DNA of 64,000 nt, taken from positions 64,001 to 128,000 of the forward strand of contig JANJUP010000022.1 in NCBI GenBank assembly GCA_024710525.1, read 5' to 3'. The notes beneath the pieces were generated by a model that worked only from the letters and a program-made list of their open reading frames with translations, was not told the origin of the DNA and ran no database searches. The position numbers and the translations under genes were made by a program. Source of the stretch: Candidatus Rifleibacteriota bacterium (GTDB taxonomy: Bacteria > Muiribacteriota > Ozemobacteria > Ozemobacterales > Ozemobacteraceae). Of the stretch, positions 37,569 to 46,853 are shown piece after piece (the stretch's first letter is position 1; each line of letters opens with the position of its first letter).

Positions 37569-37606
37569 CATCCTTTGTGAGATCAATTGCCGGGAAAAGA
37601 ATCAAA

Positions 37607-39148
37607 ATGACCCTTAAAAAAACTTCTGCCCTTCTGCTCTTTTTTGCCTTTCTGGTTTCTTTGCCTTTTACTGCCTTGAAGGCAGAAGATAACACTCAGA
37701 CAATCTCGCTGGCTGAGTGTGTTGCTCTGGTCATGCGCAGAAATACCTCGGTCAAACTGGCCTACATGGACCGGATTGTTCAGAAATATTCTTTTACAAC
37801 CACGGCTGATTATACTTTTAAACCTGATATAGACTGGCAGACTGCTTTGAGCCAGGCAGAGGCAAAGCAGACGGTTCCAGAAAATTCTTCTTCATTGAAC
37901 CGGTCGATCGGTTCATCTCTGCACCTGCGGCAAAATCTTCCCACCGGCGGAATCATCGGCATTCAATGGCAGCCATGGACTAAGGATCTCAGCAAAACAA
38001 GCCAGCCCATGATTTCTTCTGACGTCACTTCCCGGCAGGATTCATGGCGGTTGAATTTTTCTCAGCCTCTCGGAAAGTTTGCCGGGTCCAGAGTGGCAAA
38101 TCTTGTTGTCGACCAGGCCAGGCATCAGGAAAATCTTAATGTTCTTCAGCTCAAAGCAACGATTATCAATGCCGTTACTTCTGTCATTAAAGCCTACCGC
38201 CAGCTGCTTCTGGCAAAATGGGATATCGAGATCAATGAAGCAGCGCTTGAAAGGGCAAAAAACCTGCTTGAAAACAATAAAATTTTAATTGAAATGGGGA
38301 AAATGGCCGCCCAGGACATTATTCAGTCTGAATCTGACTGCGCCAACAAGGAGCTTGCCCTCGAAATTTCCAGGAATGCTTTTGACCAGGCGCGACTGGC
38401 ACTGCTGCAATTGCTCGATCTGAGTCGCGACCTGATGATTGAACCCGAAGATAAGATCGACATAGTTCCTTTCAGCTACACAGAAGACCAGATTTTTTCT
38501 CTGGCAAAGGCGAACCAGCCAGACTGGCTTTCGATGCTGATCTACCTTGAACTGGCACGCATGGAACTGATTCAGGCAAGGAGTGAGCAGAGGCTGGATG
38601 TGGCGCTTTCCGGCTCAATTGGAACTTCAAATACCCGTGGCGACATCACTGTTGATAATTCCGAAAAAGCCTGGGAACTCGGCGTTGTCGTCGATATCCC
38701 CATTTCAGGAAAAACACGACGGGAACTGAAAGGCAATCTGATCAAGGCCCAGGTCGACATGGACAAAGCGAACATTACCCTGCAGAAAGCCCTTGACGAC
38801 CTGGCAATCAATACCAAAGACCTGGTGCAGAGAACTAAGACTCTTGAAAAACAGATTGCTCTCGCTGAAAATGCTCGCAAACTTTCTGAAAAGAAGCTCG
38901 AAGTCGAGCTGATTAAACAGAAAACAGGAAGAAGCACAAACTTTCAGATCGTCACCTATCAGGATGAATTGCGCTCAGCCAGAATCAATGAGCTGAACGC
39001 CAAAATTTCCTATCTGAATTCATTGAGCGATCTGGATAAATTTATGGGAACAGTTCCTTTGACCTGGGGAATTGATCTGGCTTCGGCCCCGCAGCAGATT
39101 GAAAAATCAGATGAAAAAAAATCAATAAAATCAGAGAGCCGGCAATGA
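37607..39148 (+). CDS. TolC-family outer membrane efflux protein
   Basis: Signal peptide. Two coiled-coil/beta-barrel repeat halves typical of outer membrane factor proteins. Start overlaps the next gene (ATGA). Confidence 0.7.
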   Translation: MTLKKTSALLLFFAFLVSLPFTALKAEDNTQTISLAECVALVMRRNTSVKLAYMDRIVQKYSFTTTADYTFKPDIDWQTALSQAEAKQTVPENSSSLNRSIGSSLHLRQNLPTGGIIGIQWQPWTKDLSKTSQPMISSDVTSRQDSWRLNFSQPLGKFAGSRVANLVVDQARHQENLNVLQLKATIINAVTSVIKAYRQLLLAKWDIEINEAALERAKNLLENNKILIEMGKMAAQDIIQSESDCANKELALEISRNAFDQARLALLQLLDLSRDLMIEPEDKIDIVPFSYTEDQIFSLAKANQPDWLSMLIYLELARMELIQARSEQRLDVALSGSIGTSNTRGDITVDNSEKAWELGVVVDIPISGKTRRELKGNLIKAQVDMDKANITLQKALDDLAINTKDLVQRTKTLEKQIALAENARKLSEKKLEVELIKQKTGRSTNFQIVTYQDELRSARINELNAKISYLNSLSDLDKFMGTVPLTWGIDLASAPQQIEKSDEKKSIKSESRQ

Positions 39149-41199
39149 AAGATGAAAATGGGTCAGGTTTGCATGCCGTAAATGATCTGCAGAGTCTGGC
39201 GCAGATCGGTCTCGCCCTTTCGCAGGAGCATCAGCTTGGCGCGATTCTTGAAATGATCGTGAATGCCGCCCGCTCGATGACCAACGCGGATGCCGGAACT
39301 CTGTATATTCTTGATAGAGAAGCCAGATGCCTGCGTTTCTGCATAATGCAGAACGAAACGGCCAGAACGAAGATTAATGCCGTCACGAACCCTGATGCGC
39401 CAATTCCCGAGCCGGTTTCTTTATATATTGACGGCGCTCCGAACAACGCCAATGTCTCGTCATACGTGGCTCTAACCGGCGCGCCGGTGAATATTCCCGA
39501 TGTTTATTCTGCCCGGGGCTTCAACTTTTCAGGAGTTAAGCACTACGACTCCGTTTCCGGCTATCGTTCAAAATCGATGCTGGTAGTGCCGATGCGCGAC
39601 CACAACGACGACATAATCGGCATTCTGCAATTGCTGAATTCACAGATTGCCGGCACCGGTAAGGTTACTGAATTCTCTGAGCGCCACGAAGTGCTGGTCT
39701 CGTCCCTTGCATCTCAGGCCGCGGTAAGTATTACCAACCGACGCCTTATCTCGGGGATGCAGAAAGACCTCGAAGAGATTAAAAGGCTGCGACAGGCAGA
39801 GGAAGAACTCGGGGAAAAACTTAAAAAAGCATACCTTGAGACAGAAACGGCAAATGTCGAACTAAGGGCCGCAATGGCGCAGACCGGCGTTGTCAGAAAA
39901 GTCTGGATGTTGTTTGTGCTGGTTCTGATTCTGGTCGGCAGCGCCTGGAAAGGGCTTGAAACTGGCGTTCTCGGCACGGTTCTCTCTGAGACTGCACGCA
40001 ATGAAACGACTGAGAGCAGGGCGATCGAGACGGTAAGGGTCGCGAATTCCCCGGTTACGGCGAATCTGTCTTTTGTCGGGCAGATAGAGCCGCTGACCCA
40101 GAAGGTTTTTCTCAGCCCTTTCAGTGGCAAGGTCATTGAAAAATATTACCTGGAAGGGCAGCTGGTAAAAGCCGGTGATCCGCTTCTCAAAATCGACACG
40201 ACCGAACTCGAGATCAAGGTTCGCCAGGCGCGTTCCGCATTGATAAGAGCCAAAAAGGATCATATTCAAGTCAAAGAATGGGCAGCCGGGCCCCGGGTGA
40301 ATCAGGCCCGATTAACCCTGGCAAGGCAGAAAGCGATTCTTGATAATTTAAAAAGAAAACTCGATGAAGCGAAAGTCTTGTTTGATAAGGGCATCATTCC
40401 CGGGTCTGAACTGGAGTCTGCGGTAGAAGCTTTCGAAAATCAGAAGATAAGTGCTCAGGCTGCTGAAGATGAGGTTAAGAGTCTGCTGGCTCTTGGCAGC
40501 CACGATCAGTTGCTGATCGCAGGCATGGAACTGCAGAACGCGCAGGCTGAACTCGATGAGCTCGAAAATCAGCTGGCAAAGGCAGTTATAACCGCTGAAG
40601 GCGACGGTATTATTCTGCTTCCGGCCTCAGACGAGCAGAGACAGCAGGAACTCAAATCCATCGAAATCGGCAGCAAGGTTCAGCAGGGTGAAACGCTGGT
40701 TGTCATCGGTGATCTGTCTGGTTTAACCATTCGCACGAAGGTCGATGAAGTCAGCATCTCGAAGCTTTCGCTGAGCCAGCCTGTGCAGGTTACCAGCGAC
40801 GCTTTTCCTGAAATTGTTCTCGATGGCTGGATTTCTGCAATTTCATGCCAGGCCCTTGGCAGCGCTTCAGGCCGTTCATCCGGGGGCAAGCCGCCGGTTT
40901 TCGATGTGACGGTAACCGTAGACGAACTGTCTTTCGAGCAGCAGAGCAAAATAAGAATGGGAATGTCTGCAGTTCTCAACGTGACCGTTTATGATAATCC
41001 GGGTGCACTGGTGGTGCCGATTTCGGCGGTCGAGTCAGGTTATGGCTATGCGCAGGTCTATAAAAAGAATCCGCAGACACACAGTTTTGAAAAAGTTTCG
41101 ATAAGGGCTGGTATAACCACTCTCGATCAGGTCGAAATACTTTCCGGCCTGGCCCTCGATGACGAAATTGCCCTGTTTCCATATGAGGTCATGCAATGA
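39145..41199 (+). CDS. Membrane fusion protein (HlyD/MacA-like periplasmic adaptor) with an N-terminal cytoplasmic GAF domain
   Basis: Residues ~15-200 have a GAF-like fold signature (LAQIGLALSQEHQLGAILEMIVNAARSMTNADAGTLYILD...MLVVPMRDHNDDIIGILQLLN). TM helix VWMLFVLVLILVGSAW. Then HlyD-like coiled-coil, lipoyl and beta-barrel regions. Confidence 0.7.
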   Translation: MKDENGSGLHAVNDLQSLAQIGLALSQEHQLGAILEMIVNAARSMTNADAGTLYILDREARCLRFCIMQNETARTKINAVTNPDAPIPEPVSLYIDGAPNNANVSSYVALTGAPVNIPDVYSARGFNFSGVKHYDSVSGYRSKSMLVVPMRDHNDDIIGILQLLNSQIAGTGKVTEFSERHEVLVSSLASQAAVSITNRRLISGMQKDLEEIKRLRQAEEELGEKLKKAYLETETANVELRAAMAQTGVVRKVWMLFVLVLILVGSAWKGLETGVLGTVLSETARNETTESRAIETVRVANSPVTANLSFVGQIEPLTQKVFLSPFSGKVIEKYYLEGQLVKAGDPLLKIDTTELEIKVRQARSALIRAKKDHIQVKEWAAGPRVNQARLTLARQKAILDNLKRKLDEAKVLFDKGIIPGSELESAVEAFENQKISAQAAEDEVKSLLALGSHDQLLIAGMELQNAQAELDELENQLAKAVITAEGDGIILLPASDEQRQQELKSIEIGSKVQQGETLVVIGDLSGLTIRTKVDEVSISKLSLSQPVQVTSDAFPEIVLDGWISAISCQALGSASGRSSGGKPPVFDVTVTVDELSFEQQSKIRMGMSAVLNVTVYDNPGALVVPISAVESGYGYAQVYKKNPQTHSFEKVSIRAGITTLDQVEILSGLALDDEIALFPYEVMQ

Positions 41200-41906
41200 C
41201 TGAAAAATTGAACGCGCCGCCGGTGATTCAGCTCAGAGGCATAAAAAAGAATTTTCGTGTCGGAATTCTTGATCTGCCGGTCCTTAAAGGTATCGATCTC
41301 GATATCTACGATGGCGAAATGGCCGCAATAACCGGCACTTCAGGTGGCGGCAAGAGCACTTTGATGAATATCATCGGGTTGCTCGACGAACCCACTTCCG
41401 GCACTTATTCTTTTGCAGGCAGAGAAGTCGTAAATCTCGATGATGATGAATTGTCGGGCATAAGAAATGAAAAAATCGGCTTTGTGTTTCAGCAGTTCAA
41501 TCTTCTGCCGCGCCTGTCTGCCGCTGAAAATGTCGCTATCCCTCTTCTGTACCGTGGTGAATCGGTCAGAAGAAGCAGCGTGATCGCCAGATCTTTTCTC
41601 GAAAAGGTCGGAATGGGCGACCGGGCTGATCATAACCCGATGGAACTTTCCGGCGGCCAGCAGCAGCGTGTTGCAATTGCCAGGGCCCTTGCCGGCAATC
41701 CTTCGATAATACTGGCGGACGAGCCTACCGGAGCCCTGGATACCAGGGTTGGCCAGGAAATAATGGACCTTTTTTTGCGGCTCAACAAAGAAGATGGAAT
41801 TACCATCGTCATGATTACACATGACCCGAGAATCGCGGCGCAGTGTGAGAAGCGCTTCAATATCTGCGATGGGCTTGTTGAGAGCAGATCCGAGGCTGTT
41901 GCATGA
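41196..41906 (+). CDS. ABC transporter ATP-binding protein (MacB/LolD-type nucleotide-binding domain)
   Basis: Walker A GTSGGGKST, signature LSGGQQQRVAIARAL, Walker B ILADEPTGALD. Confidence 0.9.
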   Translation: MTEKLNAPPVIQLRGIKKNFRVGILDLPVLKGIDLDIYDGEMAAITGTSGGGKSTLMNIIGLLDEPTSGTYSFAGREVVNLDDDELSGIRNEKIGFVFQQFNLLPRLSAAENVAIPLLYRGESVRRSSVIARSFLEKVGMGDRADHNPMELSGGQQQRVAIARALAGNPSIILADEPTGALDTRVGQEIMDLFLRLNKEDGITIVMITHDPRIAAQCEKRFNICDGLVESRSEAVA

Positions 41907-43087
41907 AACTTTACTTATATTTTCGCGAGGCAACCAGAAGCCTTTTTTCGTCTCTGCAAAGAACTTTTCTGGCATTGCTGGGGATCGCCATCGGCATTGC
42001 GTCTGTTATTGCGATGGTGTCGATCGGTGAAATTGTCAAAGAAGAGGCGCTTCGCCAGTTTCAGGAACTGGGAACCGATTTTCTGGTGATATCGAACATT
42101 GCTGACGAAACAAAGACCGGTAATGGCATTGTTCAGCTTAAATCTACGCATTCGATTTCGCGCGCCTGCCCTTCATTGCGCGAATTTGCACCCTATTCGG
42201 TTGCGTTTGCCACGGTGGTCTGCTCAGGTAAATCCTGGGGCAGCCCGGTTCTTGGAATTACCGGGAATTTTCATGCCGTCAACCGGCTGATAATCGATAA
42301 AGGCCGACCATTATCTGAAATCGATCAGGAGATGAAAAACTGCGTAATCGGCGACAGAATTGCCCAACAAATGCGGCAGGTCGGCATTACCAACATGGTT
42401 GGTTCGAAGTTGCTGATTCTTGACCATATATTTACCATCGTTGGCGTGGTAAAACCGGCTTCCGAAAACTCCCTTCGGCCACAGGAAATAAATGAAGGGG
42501 TGATGGTTCCATATCTTACGCTTAAGCGCATTACAGGCACCGACCAGGTCACCGGGATAGTTGCCCGGTTAAGGAAGAATGTAAATGTTTCAGCGGCAGT
42601 AGAGCAGATTCAGGGCGTTTTCGATCAGATCGTCAAAGAAAGAAAACCCTATATTCAGACGGCGAGCGAACTGATCGGGCAGATGAATAAACAGATGAAC
42701 CTGTTGACCATGTTTTTCGGTATCGTTGGCTGCATCGCCCTTGTGGTCGGTGGCGTCGGCGTTATGAATGTCATGCTCGTTTCCGTTGCCGAAAGACGCC
42801 GTGAAATTGGCATAAGAAGAGCGCTCGGCGCAAAACGCCGCGATATTCAGGGACAGTTCATCGTTGAGGCTTCTTTGCTCTGCCTGTTTGGCGGCATCGC
42901 CGGGATCGCTCTCGGAATCGGCGGAGCCTACGGAATCTCAAGATTTCAGCACTGGTATTTTTTCATTTCCCGGACACCAATTCTGCTTGGTTTCGGCGTC
43001 TCGGCAATGGTCGGGCTGTTTTTTGGCTTTTACCCGGCCTGGCAGGCCGCAAGGCTTCGCCCAATCGAAGCCTTGCGGGCTAACTAG
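41903..43087 (+). CDS. ABC transporter permease, FtsX/MacB-type (4 TM, large periplasmic domain)
   Basis: N-terminal TM, large periplasmic domain, three C-terminal TM helices. Conserved RRREIGIRRALGA motif of the FtsX-like family. Confidence 0.85.
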   Translation: MKLYLYFREATRSLFSSLQRTFLALLGIAIGIASVIAMVSIGEIVKEEALRQFQELGTDFLVISNIADETKTGNGIVQLKSTHSISRACPSLREFAPYSVAFATVVCSGKSWGSPVLGITGNFHAVNRLIIDKGRPLSEIDQEMKNCVIGDRIAQQMRQVGITNMVGSKLLILDHIFTIVGVVKPASENSLRPQEINEGVMVPYLTLKRITGTDQVTGIVARLRKNVNVSAAVEQIQGVFDQIVKERKPYIQTASELIGQMNKQMNLLTMFFGIVGCIALVVGGVGVMNVMLVSVAERRREIGIRRALGAKRRDIQGQFIVEASLLCLFGGIAGIALGIGGAYGISRFQHWYFFISRTPILLGFGVSAMVGLFFGFYPAWQAARLRPIEALRAN

Positions 43088-43090
43088 CGG

Positions 43091-44257
43091 TTAATTTGCT
43101 GCCATTTCGGCGTATTTGCGGTAGAAAGCCGCGCGCTCGGCTGCGTTCGGAATCTCTTTGCGCGGCACGACCACGACATTCGGGCCCTGGGGCTTCGAAA
43201 ACGACTGTTCCATGAACATTTTCACGATTGCGGGCGGCACCGGGTAAAGAATGTCGAAGGGGTCCTGTTCGGCTTTGCCTTCGCGGATCGCTTTGGTGCG
43301 TTCCATGGTTCTTTCGGTGTTGGTCTGAATGAGATCGAGTATTTTGCAGACATTCGGACTCAGGCCTTTTCTATCGACCTTGTCGAGTGTGGTTCCCCAC
43401 AGGTTGATCGCTCTGAGTTCGTTGACTTCGCTGCTGGTGAGGCTGACAGTCGGTTCAAAATAAACCAGCTTCATGCGGTAGGGAATACCGGCATACAACG
43501 GGTCAGGGTTTTCCATGGTGATGGGTGAGCGATACTCGAGGTCGGTATTGACGCCGTTGTAGAAGACGCTGTAGCCACGGCTGAGATAGAGATCGGTCAT
43601 GCGGTTAACCACGAACCATGCCAGCGTGCTTTCCCAGGGGGCGAAGCAGGGGCCGAATTCCTTGAACAGCATGTATCTGATGTTGTCGCATGAGGCGTTA
43701 ACCACATTGCCCAGTTCATGGTAGAAGGTCGATTTGCCGCAGCCGGCCGCACCAATCGGAATGATGAGCTTCGGACTCGCAGAAGTGAGCGTCTTTTTGT
43801 TCCAGTTTTTATTTTCTTTCAGAGAAGCCGCGATAAAGGCTTCCATGTGCTCTTCGCCTTTTTTGAGAAGAAGGTTCGGATCCTGTTCGGTGATCTGGGC
43901 GATCAGAATGGCGAGATAGGTGTTGATTACGTGATAGGGGCTGAGTTTGAAGCAGAAGTCGAACTTTGCCAGGTCTTTTAAGGCCTTGTCAAAATCGGGT
44001 TCGGCTTTGATGAGATACTTCTTTTCTGCGGCATTTATCGCAAAAATCGGCCCGTTATACATGTTTTTAGCGTCTTTGAGCAGTTCTTTCGTGTCGCCTT
44101 CAGCTTTGGCAGCCTTGAGAATATTGGCGATACAGATGGTGATGTCTTTTTTCCAGATTATGTGTTCGTCGCTTTTGATAATCTCTGCCAGAGCCGGCAG
44201 TTTGTATTTCTCAGCGATCTGTCCGAAAATTTTTCTGGTTTCCTGGTTGGTGCTCAT
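43091..44257 (-). CDS. P-loop NTPase-domain protein (putative kinase-like) with N-terminal extension of unknown function
   Basis: Walker A IIPIGAAGCGKSTFYHEL. No other recognisable motif. Confidence 0.5.
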   Translation of the reverse strand: MSTNQETRKIFGQIAEKYKLPALAEIIKSDEHIIWKKDITICIANILKAAKAEGDTKELLKDAKNMYNGPIFAINAAEKKYLIKAEPDFDKALKDLAKFDFCFKLSPYHVINTYLAILIAQITEQDPNLLLKKGEEHMEAFIAASLKENKNWNKKTLTSASPKLIIPIGAAGCGKSTFYHELGNVVNASCDNIRYMLFKEFGPCFAPWESTLAWFVVNRMTDLYLSRGYSVFYNGVNTDLEYRSPITMENPDPLYAGIPYRMKLVYFEPTVSLTSSEVNELRAINLWGTTLDKVDRKGLSPNVCKILDLIQTNTERTMERTKAIREGKAEQDPFDILYPVPPAIVKMFMEQSFSKPQGPNVVVVPRKEIPNAAERAAFYRKYAEMAAN

Positions 44258-44424
44258 TAATCTTCCCTTTCTTTTGCAAAGCTGCTTGTAAAAGTAATTT
44301 CATACTGACAGGCAATCATTGCCGAATCTCAATTCCGGCCGATGCCAAAATTTTCTCAATCATTATACCCGATACGAATCGTTTCCGGAATTATCCGATT
44401 TTTTGGGCGATTGTAATGATTCTG

Positions 44425-44453
44425 TTGTCTATAAGTCCATATAGGGCTATATT
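44425..44453 (+). promoter_or_regulatory. Sigma-70-like promoter (TTGTCT-17-TATATT) within a ~55-bp motif shared with the promoter at 56974-57002
   Basis: TTGTCT 44425-44430, TATATT 44448-44453. Extended identity tgttgtctataagtc ... ctatattaccagc with the second locus. Confidence 0.55.
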
Positions 44454-44507
44454 ACCAGCATAGACAATTTTGCGGGGTTGCCCCGGAAGGATTTTAAAGG
44501 AAATATC

Positions 44508-45749
44508 ATGAACCGACTTACCGTTTTATTTTGTGCTGTAGTTTGCGCCATGGCGATGGCATTGTCTGCTTCCCCTGCATCAGCAGGATCAGGTTGTTGT
44601 CCTGTTCCCCCGGTATCAACAGAACAGCCGGCAGATCTTTCGTTGAACACCCTGGTAAAAGGCAACAGCGCCTTTGCCGTAAAGCTTTATCAGCAGCTGG
44701 GCGCCTCCGGTGGCAACCTTTTCTTTTCGCCATTCAGCGTCTCCTCTGCTCTCGGCATGACCTATGCAGGCGCCCGCGAAAATACTGCCACAGAAATGCA
44801 GGCCGCCATGTCTTTCGGGCTCGATCAGGAACCGCTGCACGACGCGTTCAGACAGCTTAACCAGAAACTGGCTTCAGCGGCCAACAACGACGGTCAGAAA
44901 CTCAACATCGCCAACGGTCTCTGCCTCACCGGCGGTGACGTGAGCGAAGAATTCAAAGCCCTGCTGACGAAAAGCTACGAGGCTGAGCTGTTCGCGGGCG
45001 ACCTTGAAAAAATCAACGGCTGGGTAAAAGCAAAAACCGAGGGCAAAATCGAAAAAATCCTCGAAATGCTAGATCCAAACTCAGTCTGCGTTCTTCTGAA
45101 TGCCATTTATTTCAAAGGCATCTGGGAAAGCCAGTTCGACGAAAAACAGACCAAAGAAGCCCCTTTCAGATTGTCTGAAACAGAAAATGTCCAGGTTCCA
45201 TTCATGTATCAGAAGGGCAGCTACCGGCTCATCGAAAAAGATGATTTTCAGGCCATTGCCATGCCCTATAAGGGAAAAGCGCTGGCAATGATCGCAGTGC
45301 TGCCGCAGAAAGTCGACGGCCTCGCCAGTCTCGAAAAAGACCTGAGCCCGGAAAAAGTCGAAGCATGGCTCACCGAACTGGACGCTGCTTCTGAACAGGA
45401 TGTCAAACTGTATCTGCCAAAATTCAAGCTCGAAACCGGCTACGATCTGGTTCCCGCCTGTACCGCCCTCGGCATGAAAGATGCTTTTGCTCCGGCCGCC
45501 GCCGATTTCACCGGCATGGGCTGGCCAAAAGGCAAATTATGGATCTCGCAGATCAAGCATAAAGCTTTTGTCGAAGTGAACGAAGAAGGCACCGAAGCCG
45601 CCGCCGCCACCGCCGTCGAAATGGCCACAAAATCGATCAGCATGGACCCGGTTTTTAAAGCCGACCACCCCTTCATCTTCATGATCCGCGACAACTCAAC
45701 CGGCAGCCTCCTCTTCATGGGCCGCATCACCAACCCCGCCAGCAAATAA
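44508..45749 (+). CDS. Serpin (serine protease inhibitor), secreted
   Basis: AAAGG RBS then ATG at 44508; signal peptide. Serpin signatures FSPFSVSSALGMTYAGARENTATEM and C-terminal HPFIFMIRDNSTGSLLFMGRITNP. A reactive centre loop precedes. Confidence 0.85.
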   Translation: MNRLTVLFCAVVCAMAMALSASPASAGSGCCPVPPVSTEQPADLSLNTLVKGNSAFAVKLYQQLGASGGNLFFSPFSVSSALGMTYAGARENTATEMQAAMSFGLDQEPLHDAFRQLNQKLASAANNDGQKLNIANGLCLTGGDVSEEFKALLTKSYEAELFAGDLEKINGWVKAKTEGKIEKILEMLDPNSVCVLLNAIYFKGIWESQFDEKQTKEAPFRLSETENVQVPFMYQKGSYRLIEKDDFQAIAMPYKGKALAMIAVLPQKVDGLASLEKDLSPEKVEAWLTELDAASEQDVKLYLPKFKLETGYDLVPACTALGMKDAFAPAAADFTGMGWPKGKLWISQIKHKAFVEVNEEGTEAAAATAVEMATKSISMDPVFKADHPFIFMIRDNSTGSLLFMGRITNPASK

Positions 45750-45785
45750 AAAACACGCAGAAATACTGTACCTGTTTAAAATAAA

Positions 45786-45816
45786 AACCCGTTGCCACCC
45801 GGCACGGGTTTTTTTA
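45786..45816 (+). terminator. Rho-independent terminator after the serpin gene
   Basis: Imperfect stem acccgttgcc / ggcacgggt followed by ttttttt. Confidence 0.5.
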
Positions 45817-45970
45817 TTCGGGCTTACGCTGCATTTAATGCGACAATCGCCTGTTTAACGAGAAAAATAACAATCAGGGCAGTTGACGCAAGGCTTTATG
45901 AGCCCCCGTTTTTCAGGGCCGGCACGATCTTGAAGAAAGATCGACCTTTGCAGAATCAGCTCATTACTGC

Positions 45971-46753
45971 TCATTGTAGATTCACTTCTTTTTGGGTTTC
46001 GGTTATTTGAATTTTTTGCATCTTGAAGATGATTTTCTTATTTTTGCTGTCAATGAGAGCGATGCACTTCTCGTTTTTGTATTCGCTGTTTCTTTCGAAA
46101 CCTTCGAAACCAAATAGCTCAGAAGCATGGTCAAAAATCAGACGTTCTTCAAATTTTCTGCCTGGCATCAAGGTTTTTTGCAGATAATCGCTGGCAAATT
46201 CCCAGGATTTTTCAAATTCTCTGTCGAATTCTATTTTATTCTCTGCAAGTTTGAACAGAGATCTGGTTTCGCCATCTTCCTGTCCGACACAAATTCTTTC
46301 CTGAAACTTGTCCAGCGCAAATTCTGATGAGTAAACCGACCCCGATTCGGCAAAATATAATATCTGAAAATCGGTCAGCCGTTCATTCCTGAGCATGAGA
46401 AAGTCGGCATCATGAGCGCCCGGTCCGTCGTATCCGCCTGCTATCAGTATCCAGTCATTAGCAAGGTCTTCCCGTTGCAGACGAACGTAAGGGTCTTCAC
46501 CGCTGTCAATATGGAATGGATTGAAGTCGGTGAGGCCAGAATCCAAAAACCAGCAAAGCTTTTTATAAAGAAAATCCAGGGAATCCTTGTGCTGTTCGAC
46601 CGAAGGAAAACTCCTCGAATACTTTTCCGCGCCGGGAACAACGGAAAAATGCTTTTGTGACAGCAGTGGTGCAGCATTTGCAATCATAAATAGACAGAGC
46701 AGAAAACCCAGCGAAAGAATTCTTCTGATTTTGAACATATTGAGCATTTTCAT
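45971..46753 (-). CDS. Secreted hypothetical protein
   Basis: Signal peptide MKMLNMFKIRRILSLGFLLCLFMIANA. Start among three nearby ATGs is uncertain. Confidence 0.45.
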   Translation of the reverse strand: MKMLNMFKIRRILSLGFLLCLFMIANAAPLLSQKHFSVVPGAEKYSRSFPSVEQHKDSLDFLYKKLCWFLDSGLTDFNPFHIDSGEDPYVRLQREDLANDWILIAGGYDGPGAHDADFLMLRNERLTDFQILYFAESGSVYSSEFALDKFQERICVGQEDGETRSLFKLAENKIEFDREFEKSWEFASDYLQKTLMPGRKFEERLIFDHASELFGFEGFERNSEYKNEKCIALIDSKNKKIIFKMQKIQITETQKEVNLQ

Positions 46754-46853
46754 ATAAAGTTCTCTCTGATCCCCTTCATTCGGATGCCTCAGAAATCTCA
46801 TTCATCATCACATAAAATGAAAGGATTTACAAACCAGGCAGGCTGTCGATCAG

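Noticed and set aside
37577-37606. Upstream GTG start proposed by the ORF track for the TolC-like gene
   Set aside because: No RBS precedes it, and the ATG at 37607 gives a canonical signal peptide beginning MTLKK. The extension would lie inside the upstream terminator hairpin.
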